From the NCBI RefSeq assembly GCF_006345805.1, contig NW_021832976.1:1-59646 (forward strand): a stretch of 59,646 bases of DNA, given 5' to 3'. Shown in pieces: positions 26,373-39,747 of the stretch (the first letter of the stretch is position 1; every line of letters begins with the position of its first letter). Both the position numbers and the translations under genes were made by a program. The DNA is from Octopus sinensis. Taxonomy: Eukaryota. The notes under the pieces are model-generated. The model made no database searches, was not told the DNA's origin, and saw only the letters and a list, made by a program, of their open reading frames with translations.

Positions 26373-26373
26373 A
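26046..26373. repeat. (CTG)n(CTA)n(ATA)n(AGA)n compound array
   Basis: Directly visible; forms the 5' flank of the Dong element. Confidence 0.95.
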
Positions 26374-29300
26374 GAACACCGGGGGACGTTTAACATGTGA
26401 GAGCGATAAAATAGTGCTCCGAAATCTATCCACAAACATTGGAAACAAAAACATCGCATGGAGCCAAAAAATAACCGACAAAGGATTGGACTATGTCCGA
26501 GTAAATAATACTCATTGAAATTTATTACTATTTTCCAAACGAAATGATGTATTTTAACTCGATATCATCTCCACCTCTCGCACAGCACAACATGTAAACA
26601 TGATTGATACATTACGATCCATCAACACCAGATCATCTCCGGTCCCAAACACCATGTACAAAAAAAGTACGAATAAATTAAATAATACCGGTATTATTCA
26701 ACCCAAGAATAACAATCGGGAAGTGCGTACTTTAAACTTACTACACAAAAAGTACGAAAAACTACACGTGCAAAACAATGTGACAACAGAAATGAACGGA
26801 CCGGTACCCTACGAAAATGACGACCGTCAAAATAATGGGCCGGACGTTGTTCCTCATGTCCCGCAAATAAAACCAAAAAGGCATAAATAGACACGTGAGG
26901 AATACATTTCTATCCTACACGCTTACTTTATAGCAGTGCTCCACCCAAAGAACGAAAACACAACAACATATACATATAAAATATGGAAGAAAAATAACAT
27001 AAAGACTTGGATACAGCAATGAACCCTAATAAACTAGCTAACGTACGAAGATATATTCTTAACACAAAAAAATATCAGAAATAGAAAAAATACATCAGGA
27101 AAATGTAGATAGAAGCCACACAACAATGCCAAATAATATAAACACTGAGATAGTAAAACACGAAGACAAACGTAACATTCCCAACAAAAAAAATGTAAAC
27201 AAAAAACAACAAAACCAGACCGTAAGGATGCATAATAATGCACGACAAGCAGCAAGCCAAAACACGACAGACAAACATACGAATAAGAAAGAAAGCGACA
27301 CAAATCTAAAACCTGGAAACAACGAAGGGGAGCCTAATGATTATGATACTATAAAAAGTAGAATAATTAAAGAACTGAAAACCACAGATCTCAAAATAGA
27401 CCACCTACCATACCTCCCAAAAATCAAAATAGTAAAAAAAAAACATCAATTATAAATAGCATAAACCTAGCCGTCACGGAACTAATAGCCACTGAAACAA
27501 ATAGCAATATCACTGAGCTAAATGACATAGTATATGCAGCAGCAAAAGAAGCTGGATACTCCCTCAAATCCATCCAAACAGGAGTACTACCACCCAAACA
27601 AACCCCGTGGATAAATAATATTCCCCCACAAATACAAAAAAATGAGAAAAGATCTGTCGATTCTTAATGAAATCAGTAGACAATCAACACTACGGAGCAA
27701 CAAAAAGAAAACAAAAATACTGTGCAAATACAACATCATAGAAACTCCAAAACCCCAAAAAGTTCTACCAAGAACTTGGCAAAAATAAAATAGATATCAC
27801 TGCAGCACCAACGACAGAAGAAGTGGAAGAATTCTGGAAAGAAATATATTCGGCGAATGAACAACCACAGAAAACGAGCATTAAAACAACAAACTTAGCA
27901 TCTGAGCAACTCTGGACCCCCATAACAACTGAAGAAATCACCCATGCACTGCAAAGACTAAGCAACTGGAAGGCACCTGAGCATGACAAGATCCCCAACT
28001 TCTGGTTGAAATATCTGACAGGAATGCACAAAAAGCTGGCTGAAAACTTTAACAACATACTGGCAGAGCCAGAGACAATGCCTGAATGGTTCACGAAGGG
28101 GAAAAACCATCTTAATTCCCAAATCCAATGTGACAGCAAAACCAGAAAACTACAGACCTATAACCTGTCTCCCTACAATGTACAAAGCATTTACTGCGGT
28201 AATATCACAATGATTGAACAAGCACCAGGACGAAAACAACCTGTTTCCAGAAGAGCAGAAAGGATGCCGCAAAGGCTCACATGGCTGTAAAGATCAACTA
28301 ATGAAACCATAACTGAAGACAGCCACAGAAAGAAGAAAGGCCTCAGTATGGTCTGGATCGACTAGAGAAAGGCGTTTGATAGCATCCCCCACACATAGAT
28401 CCTCGAAACACTAGCCATTAACAAAGTAGCACCAACAATTATAAAATACATAGGACACACTGTGAATAAATGGCAGACAGTGCTACAGCTCCAAGCAAAA
28501 GAGGGACTCATGAAAACCAAAGCCATCCCCATTAGAAGAGGAATATTCCAGGGAGACACGCTCTCTCCACTCCTTTTCTGCTTGGCACTGTCACCTCTAT
28601 CTGATATGCTAAATAGAACTGGATGCGGATACAAATGTTACGGCAAAACGATCAGCCACCTTTTATATATGGATGACCTAAAACTATACACTAGAAATGA
28701 CAAACAGCTGGAAACACTACTAAAGACAGCTCATGGATTTACCAAAGAAATACATATGAAATTTGGATTAGAAAAATGCGCCAAAGTAACCCTGAAAAGA
28801 GGAAAATTAGTTAAGAGTAGCAATATCACACTAGATAAAACCAATGAAATGAGAGAATTAAACCAAAGCCAAACTTACAAATACTTAGGAATCCATGAAC
28901 TAGATAAGACACAACGCACACAAATGAGAGAGAAAATAAAAAAAGAATATTATAGACGAGTTAGATCAATACTAAAAACAGAGCTCAATGCCAAAAACAA
29001 GATAATAGGTATTAACACTTTAGCCGTCCCAGTTATAAGTAACAGCTACAATATCCTTAACTGAACACTAAATGAACTGACCAAAATAGATAGGAAAACA
29101 AGAAAAATAATGACAGGATCTAGGATGCATTACCCAAAATCTGACATAGAAAGGCTATATATACAACGTATAGAAGGTGGTAGATGCCTTATACAGCTGG
29201 AAAACTACTATAAAATAATCACCATAGGACTGCAAAAATATCTACTTCAGAAGGAAGGAAAACTGATACAAATAGCGGCAAAACACGAGCAAAACAAAAA

Positions 29301-30088
29301 AACTGCTCTCAGTATTTAATGAAGCTGACAAATACAAACAAGAAATCATACCACCTAACAAATATGAAGAAGAAGAAGAAGAAGAAACAACAAAAGCTAT
29401 AAAACAAATGAAATCCAAACTAAAACTAGAACAGCAACGAGCCATGATAAAACGATGGTTAGAGAAGCTCCTTCATGGCAAATACTGGACTAAACTAAAC
29501 GCAAAAGAAATAGACAAAGAAAAATCCCAGCAATGGTTGAGAAGCTCAGGACTCAAAGCAGAGACAGAGGGATTTTTAATTGCAGCACAAGACCAAAGCC
29601 TCCCCACCAGAAATTACCATAAACATGCAATGAAAAGAAATACAATAAGTAACTGCAGAATATGTGGAGATGGACAAGAAACAATAAATCATATTATCTC
29701 TGGCTGCCCAGTCCTGGCTAAGAAGGAATATATTCACAGACACGACACTGGAAGCTATGCCAACATTATGGAATAACAACAGAAAAAAGATGGTATAGGC
29801 ACACACCAGAAAAGGTCACAGAAAACGAGAAAGCAACCATACTCTGGGATATGCCAATACACACAGATAGAGAAATTAAGGCCAATAGACCAGATATAGC
29901 TGTCAGAGATCATGAAGAAAAAAAACGCTTTCTCATTGATGTATCAATACCAGCAGATGACAACGTGTCTCTAAAAGAAATGGAGAAACTTTCAAAATAC
30001 AAAGACCTGGAAATAGAGGTAACTCGAATGTGGAATCTAAAAACAGAAACAATTCCTATCATTTAGGCATGATAAAAAAATATTCAGA
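26374..30088 (+). mobile_element. R4/Dong-clade LINE, 5' and central part (RT, CCHC, RLE), frameshifted with small deletions
   Basis: WKAPEHDKIPNFWLK, RRGIFQGDTLSPLLF, LLYMDDLKLY, CRICGDGQETINHIISGC, ANRPDI..LIDVSIP..K. Confidence 0.92.
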
Positions 30089-33000
30089 TAATCATCATCA
30101 TCATCATCATCATCGTTTAGCGTCCGTTTTCCATGCTAGCATGGGTTGGACGGTTCTACTGGGGTCTGTGAAGCCAGAAGGCTTCATCAGGCCCAGTCAA
30201 ATCTGGCAGTGTTTCTACGGCTGGATGCCCTTCCTAACGCCAACCACTCCGTGAGTGTAGTGGGTGCTTTTTACGTGCCACCCGCACTGGTGCCAGACAG
30301 AGCTGGCAAACGGCCACGAACGGATGGTGCTTTTTATGTGCCACCGGCACGAGGGCCAGGCGAGGCTGGCAACGGACACGAAACGGGGCGGTGCTGGCAA
30401 CGGTCGCGAAACGGAAAGTTCTCTTACATGCCACCGGCACTGGTAACACATCTGCAATTTCCATTGATCGATTTCCATTGATCGATTTCGTTTCTGATCC
30501 TCACTTGCCTCAACGGGTCTTCACAAGCAGAGTTTTGACATGCCACCGGCACTGGTAGCACATCCGCAATTCCATTGATCGATTTCGATTCTGATCCTCA
30601 CTTGCCTCATCACGTCTTCACAAGTAGAGTTTTGTGTCCCAAGAAGGAAGGTATGCATACGTAGGCTGGCTCCATCCCATGTAGAAGGCCACGGGTTATG
30701 GACTCACTTGTCCTGCCGGGTCTTCTTGCGCACAGCACACTTCCAGAGGTCTCGGTCTCTAGTCATTTCCTCAGTGAGACCTAAAGTTCGAAGGTCGTGC
30801 TTCACCACCTCGTCCCAGGTTTTCCTGGGTCTGCCTCTTCCACAGGTTCCCTCAACCGCTAGGTGTGTGGCACTTTTTCACACAACTATCTTCATCCATT
30901 CTCGCCACATGACCATACCAGCGCAAACGTCTCTCTTGCACACCACAACTGATGCTTCTTAGGTCCAGCTTTTCTCTCAAGGTACTTACACTCTGCCGAG
31001 TGTGAGTACCGGCATTACACATCCATCGAGCATACTGGCTTCATTTCTAGCGAGCTTACGCATATCCTCAGCAGTCACGGCCCATGTTTCACTGCCATGT
31101 AGCATGGCTGTTCGTACACACGCATCATACAGTCTGCCTTTCACTCTGTGCGAGAGGCCTTTTGTCATCCAGCAGAGGTAAGAGCTCTCTGAACTTTGCC
31201 CAATTCTTATTCTTACTCTAGCAGTTACACTTTCAGCCACCCGCCCCCGCTGCTGACTTGGTCACCTAGGTAACGGAAACTATCAACTATTTCTAGTTTT
31301 TCTCCCTGGAAAGTGACGAAGTTGGTCTCAGAGCATTTTCAGTGTTTATTGTTCCTGAGCATCTGCCACATACAAAAACCATCTTCCTAGTTAGCCTTCC
31401 TTTGACATTGCTGCATCTCTTATGTGTCCATAGCTTACACTTGGTGCATCTTATAGAGTTTCTACCTACACCTTTTCTACAGATCGAGCAGGGCCATCTA
31501 CCTGAAGGTGTTTGTGATTTGTCTACCTTCCTACTGATTACGACTTTGGTTTTAGCTAGATTGACTCTGAGGCCCTTCGATTCTAATCCTTGTTTCCACA
31601 CCTGAAACTTCTCCTCCCTCCAGTTCTGATAGCGACTCAGCAATTAGAGCAAGGTCATCAGCATAGAGGAGCTCCCAAGGGCATCCTGTCTTGAATTCCT
31701 CCGTTATTGCCTGGAGGACTATGATAAATAGGAGGGGGCTGAGTACTGAGCCTTGGTGGACTCCTACCTCTACCCGGAATTCTTCACTGTACACATTTCC
31801 AACCCTCACCCTACTAGCGGCGTCCCTGTACATGGCCCGCACAGCTCTCACTAACCATTCATCTATCCCTAGTTTCCTCATTGCCCACCAGATAAGGGAT
31901 CGGGGGACCCTGTCGAAGGCTTTCTCCATGTCAACAAAAGCCAGTACAGGGGCTTATCTTTGGCTAGGTATTTCTCCTGCAGCTGCCTTACCAGGAATAT
32001 AGCATCAGTAGTACTTTTCCCTGGCACAAACCCAAACTGCATCTCATCTAAACTAACTCTCTCTCTAATTAGTTGGGCTATGACCCTCTCCGTAACCTTC
32101 ATCACCTGGTCCAACAGCTTGATACCTCTGTAGTTATTTGTATCTAGGGCATCACCTTTACCTTTGTAGCAGTTGACTATTATACTGCTACACCAGTCAT
32201 TGGGTATGACCCCTTTGTGTATCACCTGATTAACTATACGGGTGACTAGGCTATAGCCGACACTACCAGACATTTTGAGCATCTCTGCAGTGATTCCTGA
32301 TGGGCCTGGGGCTTTCCCTGTCTTCATGCTTCTAATTGCCTTAGCTACCACGGAACTATCAACTCGGATAGCTGGTCCCTGTTGGGTCAACATTCGGCAG
32401 ACTCTCTTTATCCCATTCATTTTCTTCATTCAGCAACCTTTCATAGTGGCATCTCCAAACCTCTCTCTTGCATCCTCATTTAGCGCAAGTGAACCATCTT
32501 CCATGCGAACACACTTCTCTCCTACCACATCACACGGTTCTCTCTCACACACTGTCTTGCAACACGAACACCTCCAGTCTTTGGTCCTCATGGCGCAGAA
32601 CATTGGCAAATTTTTTCTTATCTATCTGCTTCCCCTCTGGCTAAATAAACCTGTCTCCTAGCTTCTCTTTGGCAGTCTGATACAATCCCCTGCTACCCCC
32701 ATTTTTCCAGACCTTCCAAGCCTGTCTCTTTTCTCTAATAGCCCTGTCTACAATATTGTTCCACCACCACGTTATTAGTCTAGGTCGAGAGGGGACTTTG
32801 CACCAGCCACAGATCTGGTCAGTGGCTCTCAGCAGGTTGTCCCTTAGAAACGTCCAGCTGTCTTCTACCCCCTCGTTGATGCTCTATCCCCTTCTACTTC
32901 GTCAGAGGCTTCAAGTAATATGTCCCTAAATCTCTGTCCATTTGCAGGATCTTTAAGCTTCCAGATCCTTCTTCTCCATATTTGTCGTCTTCTGGTTGTC

Positions 33001-34983
33001 CTCCTAGTCCTGATCCTAAAGTCACTAACTACCAGTCTATGTTGTGGGGTACATTCTTCACCTGGGAAGGTTTTGGCATTTAAAGCAGCCATCTCTCCCT
33101 TTGCCTTAAGGATGTAGTCAATTTGGCTGGTATGTTGGCCCGATTGGTAAGTGACTAGGTGGCTGGTAGGTTTCCTGAAGTTAGTGTTGCAAATCATAAG
33201 ATTATTTGCATCGCAGAACTCCAGTAGCCTGGTTCCCTCCTCGTTGCGGGAGCCATAGCCATAGCCTCCATGTACGCCATGGAAGCCCCCAGCATGTCGT
33301 CCAACGTGACCATTGAAGTCACCAGCCACAAAGATAAGGTCTCTGTCGTTCGCCAACGAGGTAGTCTGCAGTAGAGTGTCATAGAATCGGTCTTTCTGTC
33401 CATCGGGTAGCCCCGACTGAGGAGCATAGGCTGATATAATGGTTGCTAAACTATGATGAAGCACTAATCTAATCTTAAGTATTCTGTCACATACTCTGAT
33501 TACCTCAATTACTTTATCTCTCATTTCTCAGCGATAAGATACCCACGCCACCAACCCCGTCAGTGTTCCCTGCCCAGAAAATCTTGTACCTGCGTTCCTT
33601 GCCTGTGAGGAACCTAGCTGATCCTCCTCTCCACCTTATTTCTTGCATGCAACATATATCCACACATCTCCGTTCAAGCATCTCGACTATCTCACCAGAC
33701 CTACCTTTCAGAGTGCCAACGTTGAGGGTGCCAACCCTGAGGGTGTGGGAGGCATGGGCTCTAGAGACCCTGGGACGGTGGACAGTAGCTTCGTGTACCT
33801 GAAAAGAAAGCTCGCATTTGGCAGAATTCATGTGCAAGAAATGAAGTAGTAAAGTAGCCTTCAGTACAACCTGCATAACGCTAGCCTTTCATATTTTGCA
33901 CTGTATGAACATTACCTTACATAGGTCGAGACTAGGGGTAGGGAGGGGTGGGATGGTGAGAACATTTGCAGTCTTCATGGGAAGCAACCCCGGAATGGCA
34001 GAGAATAGGAACTTCCGGCATGCGTGGTAGGGGTGGGAGGGCGGGTGCACCGTGTCTGAGTAAAGAGGTTCTGTTAATCGTATGAGCTAGCAAATGGGTT
34101 TGTATGAATCGGGAGACAACACTAAACGAAAAATTGAAAAATCAGAGTGGCTATGAACCTGTAGACAAATCTAAACGAAAAAAAATGTTTGAGCTAGACA
34201 GGGTAATGAGGGAATACTGAAAGAATGAGGGACAATACAATGAGATGGAAATTGAAGAATAGAGAAAGTAGAATATAGTGCAAGAAGAAGGTAGTCGTAG
34301 CGAGGTTGGACGATTCACTTAACTTTTAGCCATTCATGATCTGTGCGTATTCTTTAGATATTTTGAAGCGAGTGGGGTTAACGATAAATGCGATCGCTCT
34401 TTTATATATGGCGATGATGGTTTTGGGAAGGGGGGGGCATAAGAACCATGGCGATGATGGTTATGGGAAGGGGGGACATAGAGAGAGAGAGATAGGGTTA
34501 GTTAGAGAGAGAGGTCAAGGGACACGTGACAATAAGCGGTGTGAGGGAATTTGATTGGGGACGGCATTGTCGATAAATAGACATTAGATAAATAGGTTTG
34601 AAAATCAGAAAAATCAGAGGGAATATCATTATTGATAGCTAATATAACACCGTGTCTGAGTAAAGAGGTTCTGTTATCGTAATGAGCTAGCAAATGGGTT
34701 TGTGTATGAATCGGGAGACAACACTAAACGAAAAATTGAAAAATCAGAGTGGCTATTGAACCTGTAGACAAGTCTAAACGAAAAAAAAAAAATGTTTGAG
34801 CTATACAGGGTAATGAGGGAATACTGAAAGAATGAGGGACAATACAATGAGATGGAAATTGAAGAATAGAGAAAGAATAAGAATAAGTGCAAGAAAGAAG
34901 GTAGTCGTAGCGAGGTTGGACGATTCACTTAACTTTTAGCCATTCATGATCTGTGCGTATTCTTTAGATATTTTGAAGCGAGT
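30089..34983 (-). mobile_element. Near full-length RTE-clade LINE with (GAT)n tail, nested in the Dong element
   Basis: (ATC)n tail at 30090-30113, 3' UTR, EN and RT, ~1.1 kb 5' region; removing it restores the Dong reading frame. Confidence 0.92.
30704..33876 (-). pseudogene. RTE ORF (APE endonuclease, RT, inserted Cys-rich PHD-like finger), broken by frameshifts as assembled
   Basis: GTLNVGTL, QEIRW, YAPQ, GDFNGHVG, IDYIL; KAPGPSG, QFGF, KAFDRV, GVHQGSVLSPLLF, YADD; stop at 30704-30706. Confidence 0.88.
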
Positions 34984-35198
34984 CAAATACATAATAAAAA
35001 CACCAGGACTTACAAACACATATAACATACAGAAAATAGCACTACTAGGCACTGCACACATCCTACGCAGAACACTTTCAATCCAGTAACCACCAGAGCA
35101 TCACAAATCACAGCATATACCCAGGCACACAGAGCTGCGCTCGTTAGTGAAGTGAAAGCACGCTATAAAAATACAACGACTGATAATATAATAATAAA
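34984..35198 (+). mobile_element. 3' end of the Dong element with (ATA)n tail
   Basis: KYIIKTPGLTNTYNIQKIALLGTAHILRRTLSIQ* (stop 35087-35089) continues LGMIKKYSD from 30088. Confidence 0.9.
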
Positions 35199-35204
35199 AT
35201 TATG

Positions 35205-35260
<56 letters not shown>

Positions 35261-35371
35261 GAGATGATGATGATGATGATGATGAGATGATGATGATGAT
35301 AACGACGAACATGAGGATATGATGATATGGATGATGATGATGATGATATGATGATGATGATGATGATAATA

Positions 35372-35407
<36 letters not shown>

Positions 35408-35419
35408 TATCCCTATTCA

Positions 35420-35962
35420 GTACCAGACAGTGGCTCTCATGGCTCTGATCTTAGCTGATGGAAGTGTTATCATGTACATTGTTTGTCTTCGTATAAAATG
35501 ATGGCTACAGTAAATATTGTGCTCAATACTACAGATTTTCTTGTCACTTGTTTGACCTTAACCAGTTGAGCATGTCCCTTAGTGGCTGATGATATGTGCA
35601 TCTCTGATCACGAGCAGAAGTAGTGGGGGAGCATCATAGCTGTGTGTTGAAAGGAATTCTTGGAGGTTTGGATAATTCCCCTTTGGAAACATGGTCGTTT
35701 CGTTCAACATCCTTAAACAATCCTTATTCAGTGACCTTTTGAGCAGGATGGGTTGCTCGACCAGAAGAAAATTCTAACTGGGCCCCACCTGCAAGGTCAT
35801 GTGCTGTTTATCTTGATATGAGATCACCATGTCGTGCACATATGGTTGTGATGCATGTGCCTGGTGTGTACCCTTATCAGACGGGTAGTCACGATGGGTA
35901 TACTGGGCTTCGTATATTTTAACCCAGTGTCACTTTGATGGCATGCACCGCTCTCTCACTCA
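35420..35962 (+). repeat. Family E repeat (long copy) ending in (AAT)n
   Basis: Its 3' ~290 bp match 36103-36388; its 5' part matches 6200-6560. Confidence 0.8.
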
Positions 35963-35980
35963 ATAATAATAATAATGTTG

Positions 35981-36051
<71 letters not shown>

Positions 36052-36052
36052 T

Positions 36053-36102
<50 letters not shown>

Positions 36103-36105
<3 letters not shown>

Positions 36106-36388
36106 TCACCTCTGGAAACATGGGTGGTTCGTTCAACATCCTTAAACAACCCTGATTCAGGGACCTTTTGAGCGAGATGGCTTACTCGACCAGAAGAAAA
36201 TTCTAACTGGGCCCCACCTGCAAGGTCATGCGCTGTTTATCTTGACATGAGATCATCATGTTGCGCACATATGGTTATGATGCATGTGCCTGGTGTACCC
36301 TTATCAGTTGGGTAGTCATGATGGGTATACTGGGCTTCGTATATTTTACCCTAGTGTTACTTTGATGGCATGCACTGCTCTCTCACTC

Positions 36389-36446
<58 letters not shown>

Positions 36447-36447
36447 T

Positions 36448-36482
<35 letters not shown>

Positions 36483-36483
36483 T

Positions 36484-36536
<53 letters not shown>

Positions 36537-36819
36537 TCACCTCTGGAAACATGGGTGGTTCGTTCAACATCCTTAAACAACCCTGATTCAGGGACCTTTT
36601 GAGCGAGATGGCTTACTCGACCAGAAGAAAATTCTAACTGGGCCCCACCTGCAAGGTCATGCGCTGTTTATCTTGACATGAGATCATCATGTTGCGCACA
36701 TATGGTTATGATGCATGTGCCTGGTGTACCCTTATCAGTTGGGTAGTCATGATGGGTATACTGGGCTTCGTATATTTTACCCTAGTGTTACTTTGATGGC
36801 ATGCACTGCTCTCTCACTC

Positions 36820-36887
<68 letters not shown>

Positions 36888-36890
36888 ATT
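36103..36890 (+). repeat. Two apparently identical tandem copies of the family E 3' part (36103-36388, 36534-36819), period 431 bp
   Basis: Direct sequence comparison; each copy is followed by (AAT)n. Confidence 0.9.
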
Positions 36891-36899
36891 TTAATTTTG

Positions 36900-37430
36900 G
36901 CACATGACCAGCAATTTTGAGAGAAGGGGATTAGCCGATACCCTTGACTCCAGTACTGTACTGGCATTCTATTTTAACGACTTCGGAAGGATGAAATGCA
37001 AATTAGAGCTCAGCAGGATTTGAACTTAGACTCTAAAGAATCGATGTCAATATCACAAGGCATTTTGCCTGAAGTTCTATGAATTCTGTCTTGAAACAGT
37101 TTCTGATTTAGACACAGGAACAGTAATTTGCACCAGCCGTGGGTTAATTGATTGGAACATTATTCCATGAGCCCTGGAAGGATGAAAGGTAAATTTTACC
37201 CTGGTGCAATTTGTACTCAGAACGTAAAGAGTCAGGATAAATACCGCAAGGTATTTTGGTCGATGCTCTAACGATTCTGCCAATCCATTACTAATACTAA
37301 TAATTTTACGTTCCGATTTCAAATGCAGCCGGGTCTCGGCTTTGCCTTTTATCCTTTCAGGGGTCGATAAAATAAGTAATTGACTAGCCCTTGGCCAAAA
37401 TTGCTAACTTTTCGCCCAAATTTAAAACCA
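36900..37430. mobile_element. Cluster of three degenerate SINE family C pieces (two minus, one plus)
   Basis: GGAAGGATGAAA.GCAAA and TTTGCCTTT.ATCCTTTC.GGGGTCGATAAAATAAGTA motifs. Confidence 0.65.
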
Positions 37431-37875
37431 ATACAGTCGAACGAATAGAGCCCAGCGCATGACTAGTATGGTTGTCTAAAAGGGTAAGATACTAAGTTAA
37501 TCAAGGAAACTTAAAAAAATATAGGCGGTGCTCCGGCATGGTCACAGTTAAATGACTGAAACAAGTAAAAGAGTAAAAGAGTAAAAGAGAGGGGGGTAAA
37601 ACTAAATTTAGTTGAGCATCTAGTTTAGTGCTCCGCCGCTTAGTCTCATTTAAACACGAGGGAGCTTCTTGTAGGTTACTCTTTTTGTTAGAAATAGCAG
37701 TCAACCCTTGTAATTCACATCCTACAATCATCAAATAAAATACGTATTGGATAATGTGTAACCTATGGTAAGTTGAAGTCCAAAAGCTAAACAGTACCTT
37801 TGATCATAGATCTGATCGCTCTGAGATGAACAGAGGCTAAACAACAACAAAAATAGCAACAACAACAGCAGCAGC

Positions 37876-38069
37876 GTGGAGGCGCAATGACCCAGTGGTT
37901 AGGACAGCGGACTCGCGGTCGTAAGAACGCGGTTTCGATTCCCAGACCGGGCATTGTGTGTGTTTATTGAGTAAAAACACCTAAGCTCCACGAGGCTCCA
38001 GCAGGGGGAGTGGTGAACCCCGCTGTACTCTTTCACCACAACTTTCTCGTACTCTTTCTTCCTACTTCT
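37876..38069 (+). mobile_element. SINE family B (B2-like), 3'-truncated
   Basis: GTGGAGGCGCAATGACCCAGTGGTTAGG...GGTTTCGATTCCCAGACCGGGC. Confidence 0.85.
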
Positions 38070-38895
38070 GCCACAAAGCAGAGGAACCTTGGTGTAACCC
38101 ACTATGGGGTGGTAAACTTTCAGACCCTAGTCTAGATTACGAATCCTCTGTACCCAAGGATGGTTCAGCTCTCCACCCGTTAAAAGCCACCGTTTACGGA
38201 ATGAGGACAACAACGTAGCTTTCGCGCCCGTGCAACCGCCAGTCTATCGTGTGTGGTGGGTGGATCTTCAAGTTGCCACACGCATTCTTAGTAGCTTAGA
38301 GTAGGCTTGAATTAGAGATTATTCTTTGTGGCTAATGGCGTGAGTCCTGACTGGAAAAAGAAGAAGAAGAAGAAGAAGAAGAAGAAGAAGAGAAGAAGAA
38401 GAAGAAGAAGAAGAAGAAGAAGAAGAAGAAGACGACAACAACGACAACAATAACAACAACAACAACAACAACAGTAACAATAATAATTACAGGTTCAACA
38501 ACAGCATAGACAACAGCAACGACGACAACTAACGTAATATGATTCATTCACGCAAAAGAGCAGAAAGTACGCCATTTTAACCGAGTAACATTTACACCCG
38601 CTGAAACAAAATGGCCGACTCAGGTTCGGTTATAAATGGCGACGAACGGAATATGTGTTTCAATAGATTTAATGTAAAGATTGAAATATAAGAAGTAAAA
38701 TACCAAAGTGATGAAGAGAATTAAAGAGATGTCTCTTAGGCTATTAATAAAAGGCAGAGAAACGGTCCGGGTATTATTGCATCAATAGATATAAACAGCA
38801 TGCGGCGAATTAATAAGATGAATGTTACAACGACAACGACGACGACAATGATGATGATGATGATGATGATGATAATTATGATGATGATGATGATG

Positions 38896-38978
<83 letters not shown>

Positions 38979-39415
38979 TGTGACAATAAATGCACCTGTG
39001 GCCTCGCGGAAACTGCTAAAGTAATCATAGTTTGTGTTTCATTTAAAAGATATCTTTAATCTAAAATGGATGGCGAGGCAAATACAATTGTTAACTTGAA
39101 TATTTACAGAAGATGAGATCTAAGTTTGCTGCACAAAGATAATGCGTGCATTGATAAGTAGAGTTGTTGGATTGATGTGTGAAAAGTTAGGAAGGTACGT
39201 AGCCTTGCTAGATTGCTTGTGGGCTAGCTAGACAGAAAATGAGAAACACACATACACATACATACATACGTGCATAAAGCAACAAAAACACGCACATAAA
39301 AACACACACACACATACACAAATATGTATTTGTGTGTGTGCATGTATGCATACATCTACCACATTTATATCCGAGAGAAAGAAAGAAAATGGAATTCATA
39401 AAATTCTTTATTAAT

Positions 39416-39462
39416 GACTACGATCGTTTCGACACATCGCGCATCGGTGACTCGCAGGTGAG
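39416..39462 (-). ncRNA. Degenerate hammerhead-like motif (core missing one base)
   Basis: TCAC-CTGCGA-GTCAC...GTGTC-GAAAC-GATC-GTA-GTCA. Confidence 0.4.
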
Positions 39463-39747
39463 ATTCTGTACACATATTTGTGGTGCATCATCCAGTACAT
39501 ATGAGCCACGTCAGGTGACTTGTCAAAAGGTACCTCGTTCTATAATCTCCATTCCACTTGTTTCGATTTGAATACATCGTAGTATTTACCTCAAGCACAC
39601 AGAAGAAAACATGAGTTGGTATGAAGAACAGTCCTGTTATTAAGAAAGCGGTACCTTTTAAACGTAAGGATAGACGTAATATCGCTAAGCATTTCCCCTG
39701 GCCTGCTAACAATTCGGCCAGCTCTTCACCTCAATCCGTTCTACTGT

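Noticed and set aside
35935-36890. Repeat-spacer periodicity reminiscent of a CRISPR array
   Set aside because: Eukaryotic context, 286-bp repeats, microsatellite spacers and no cas genes.
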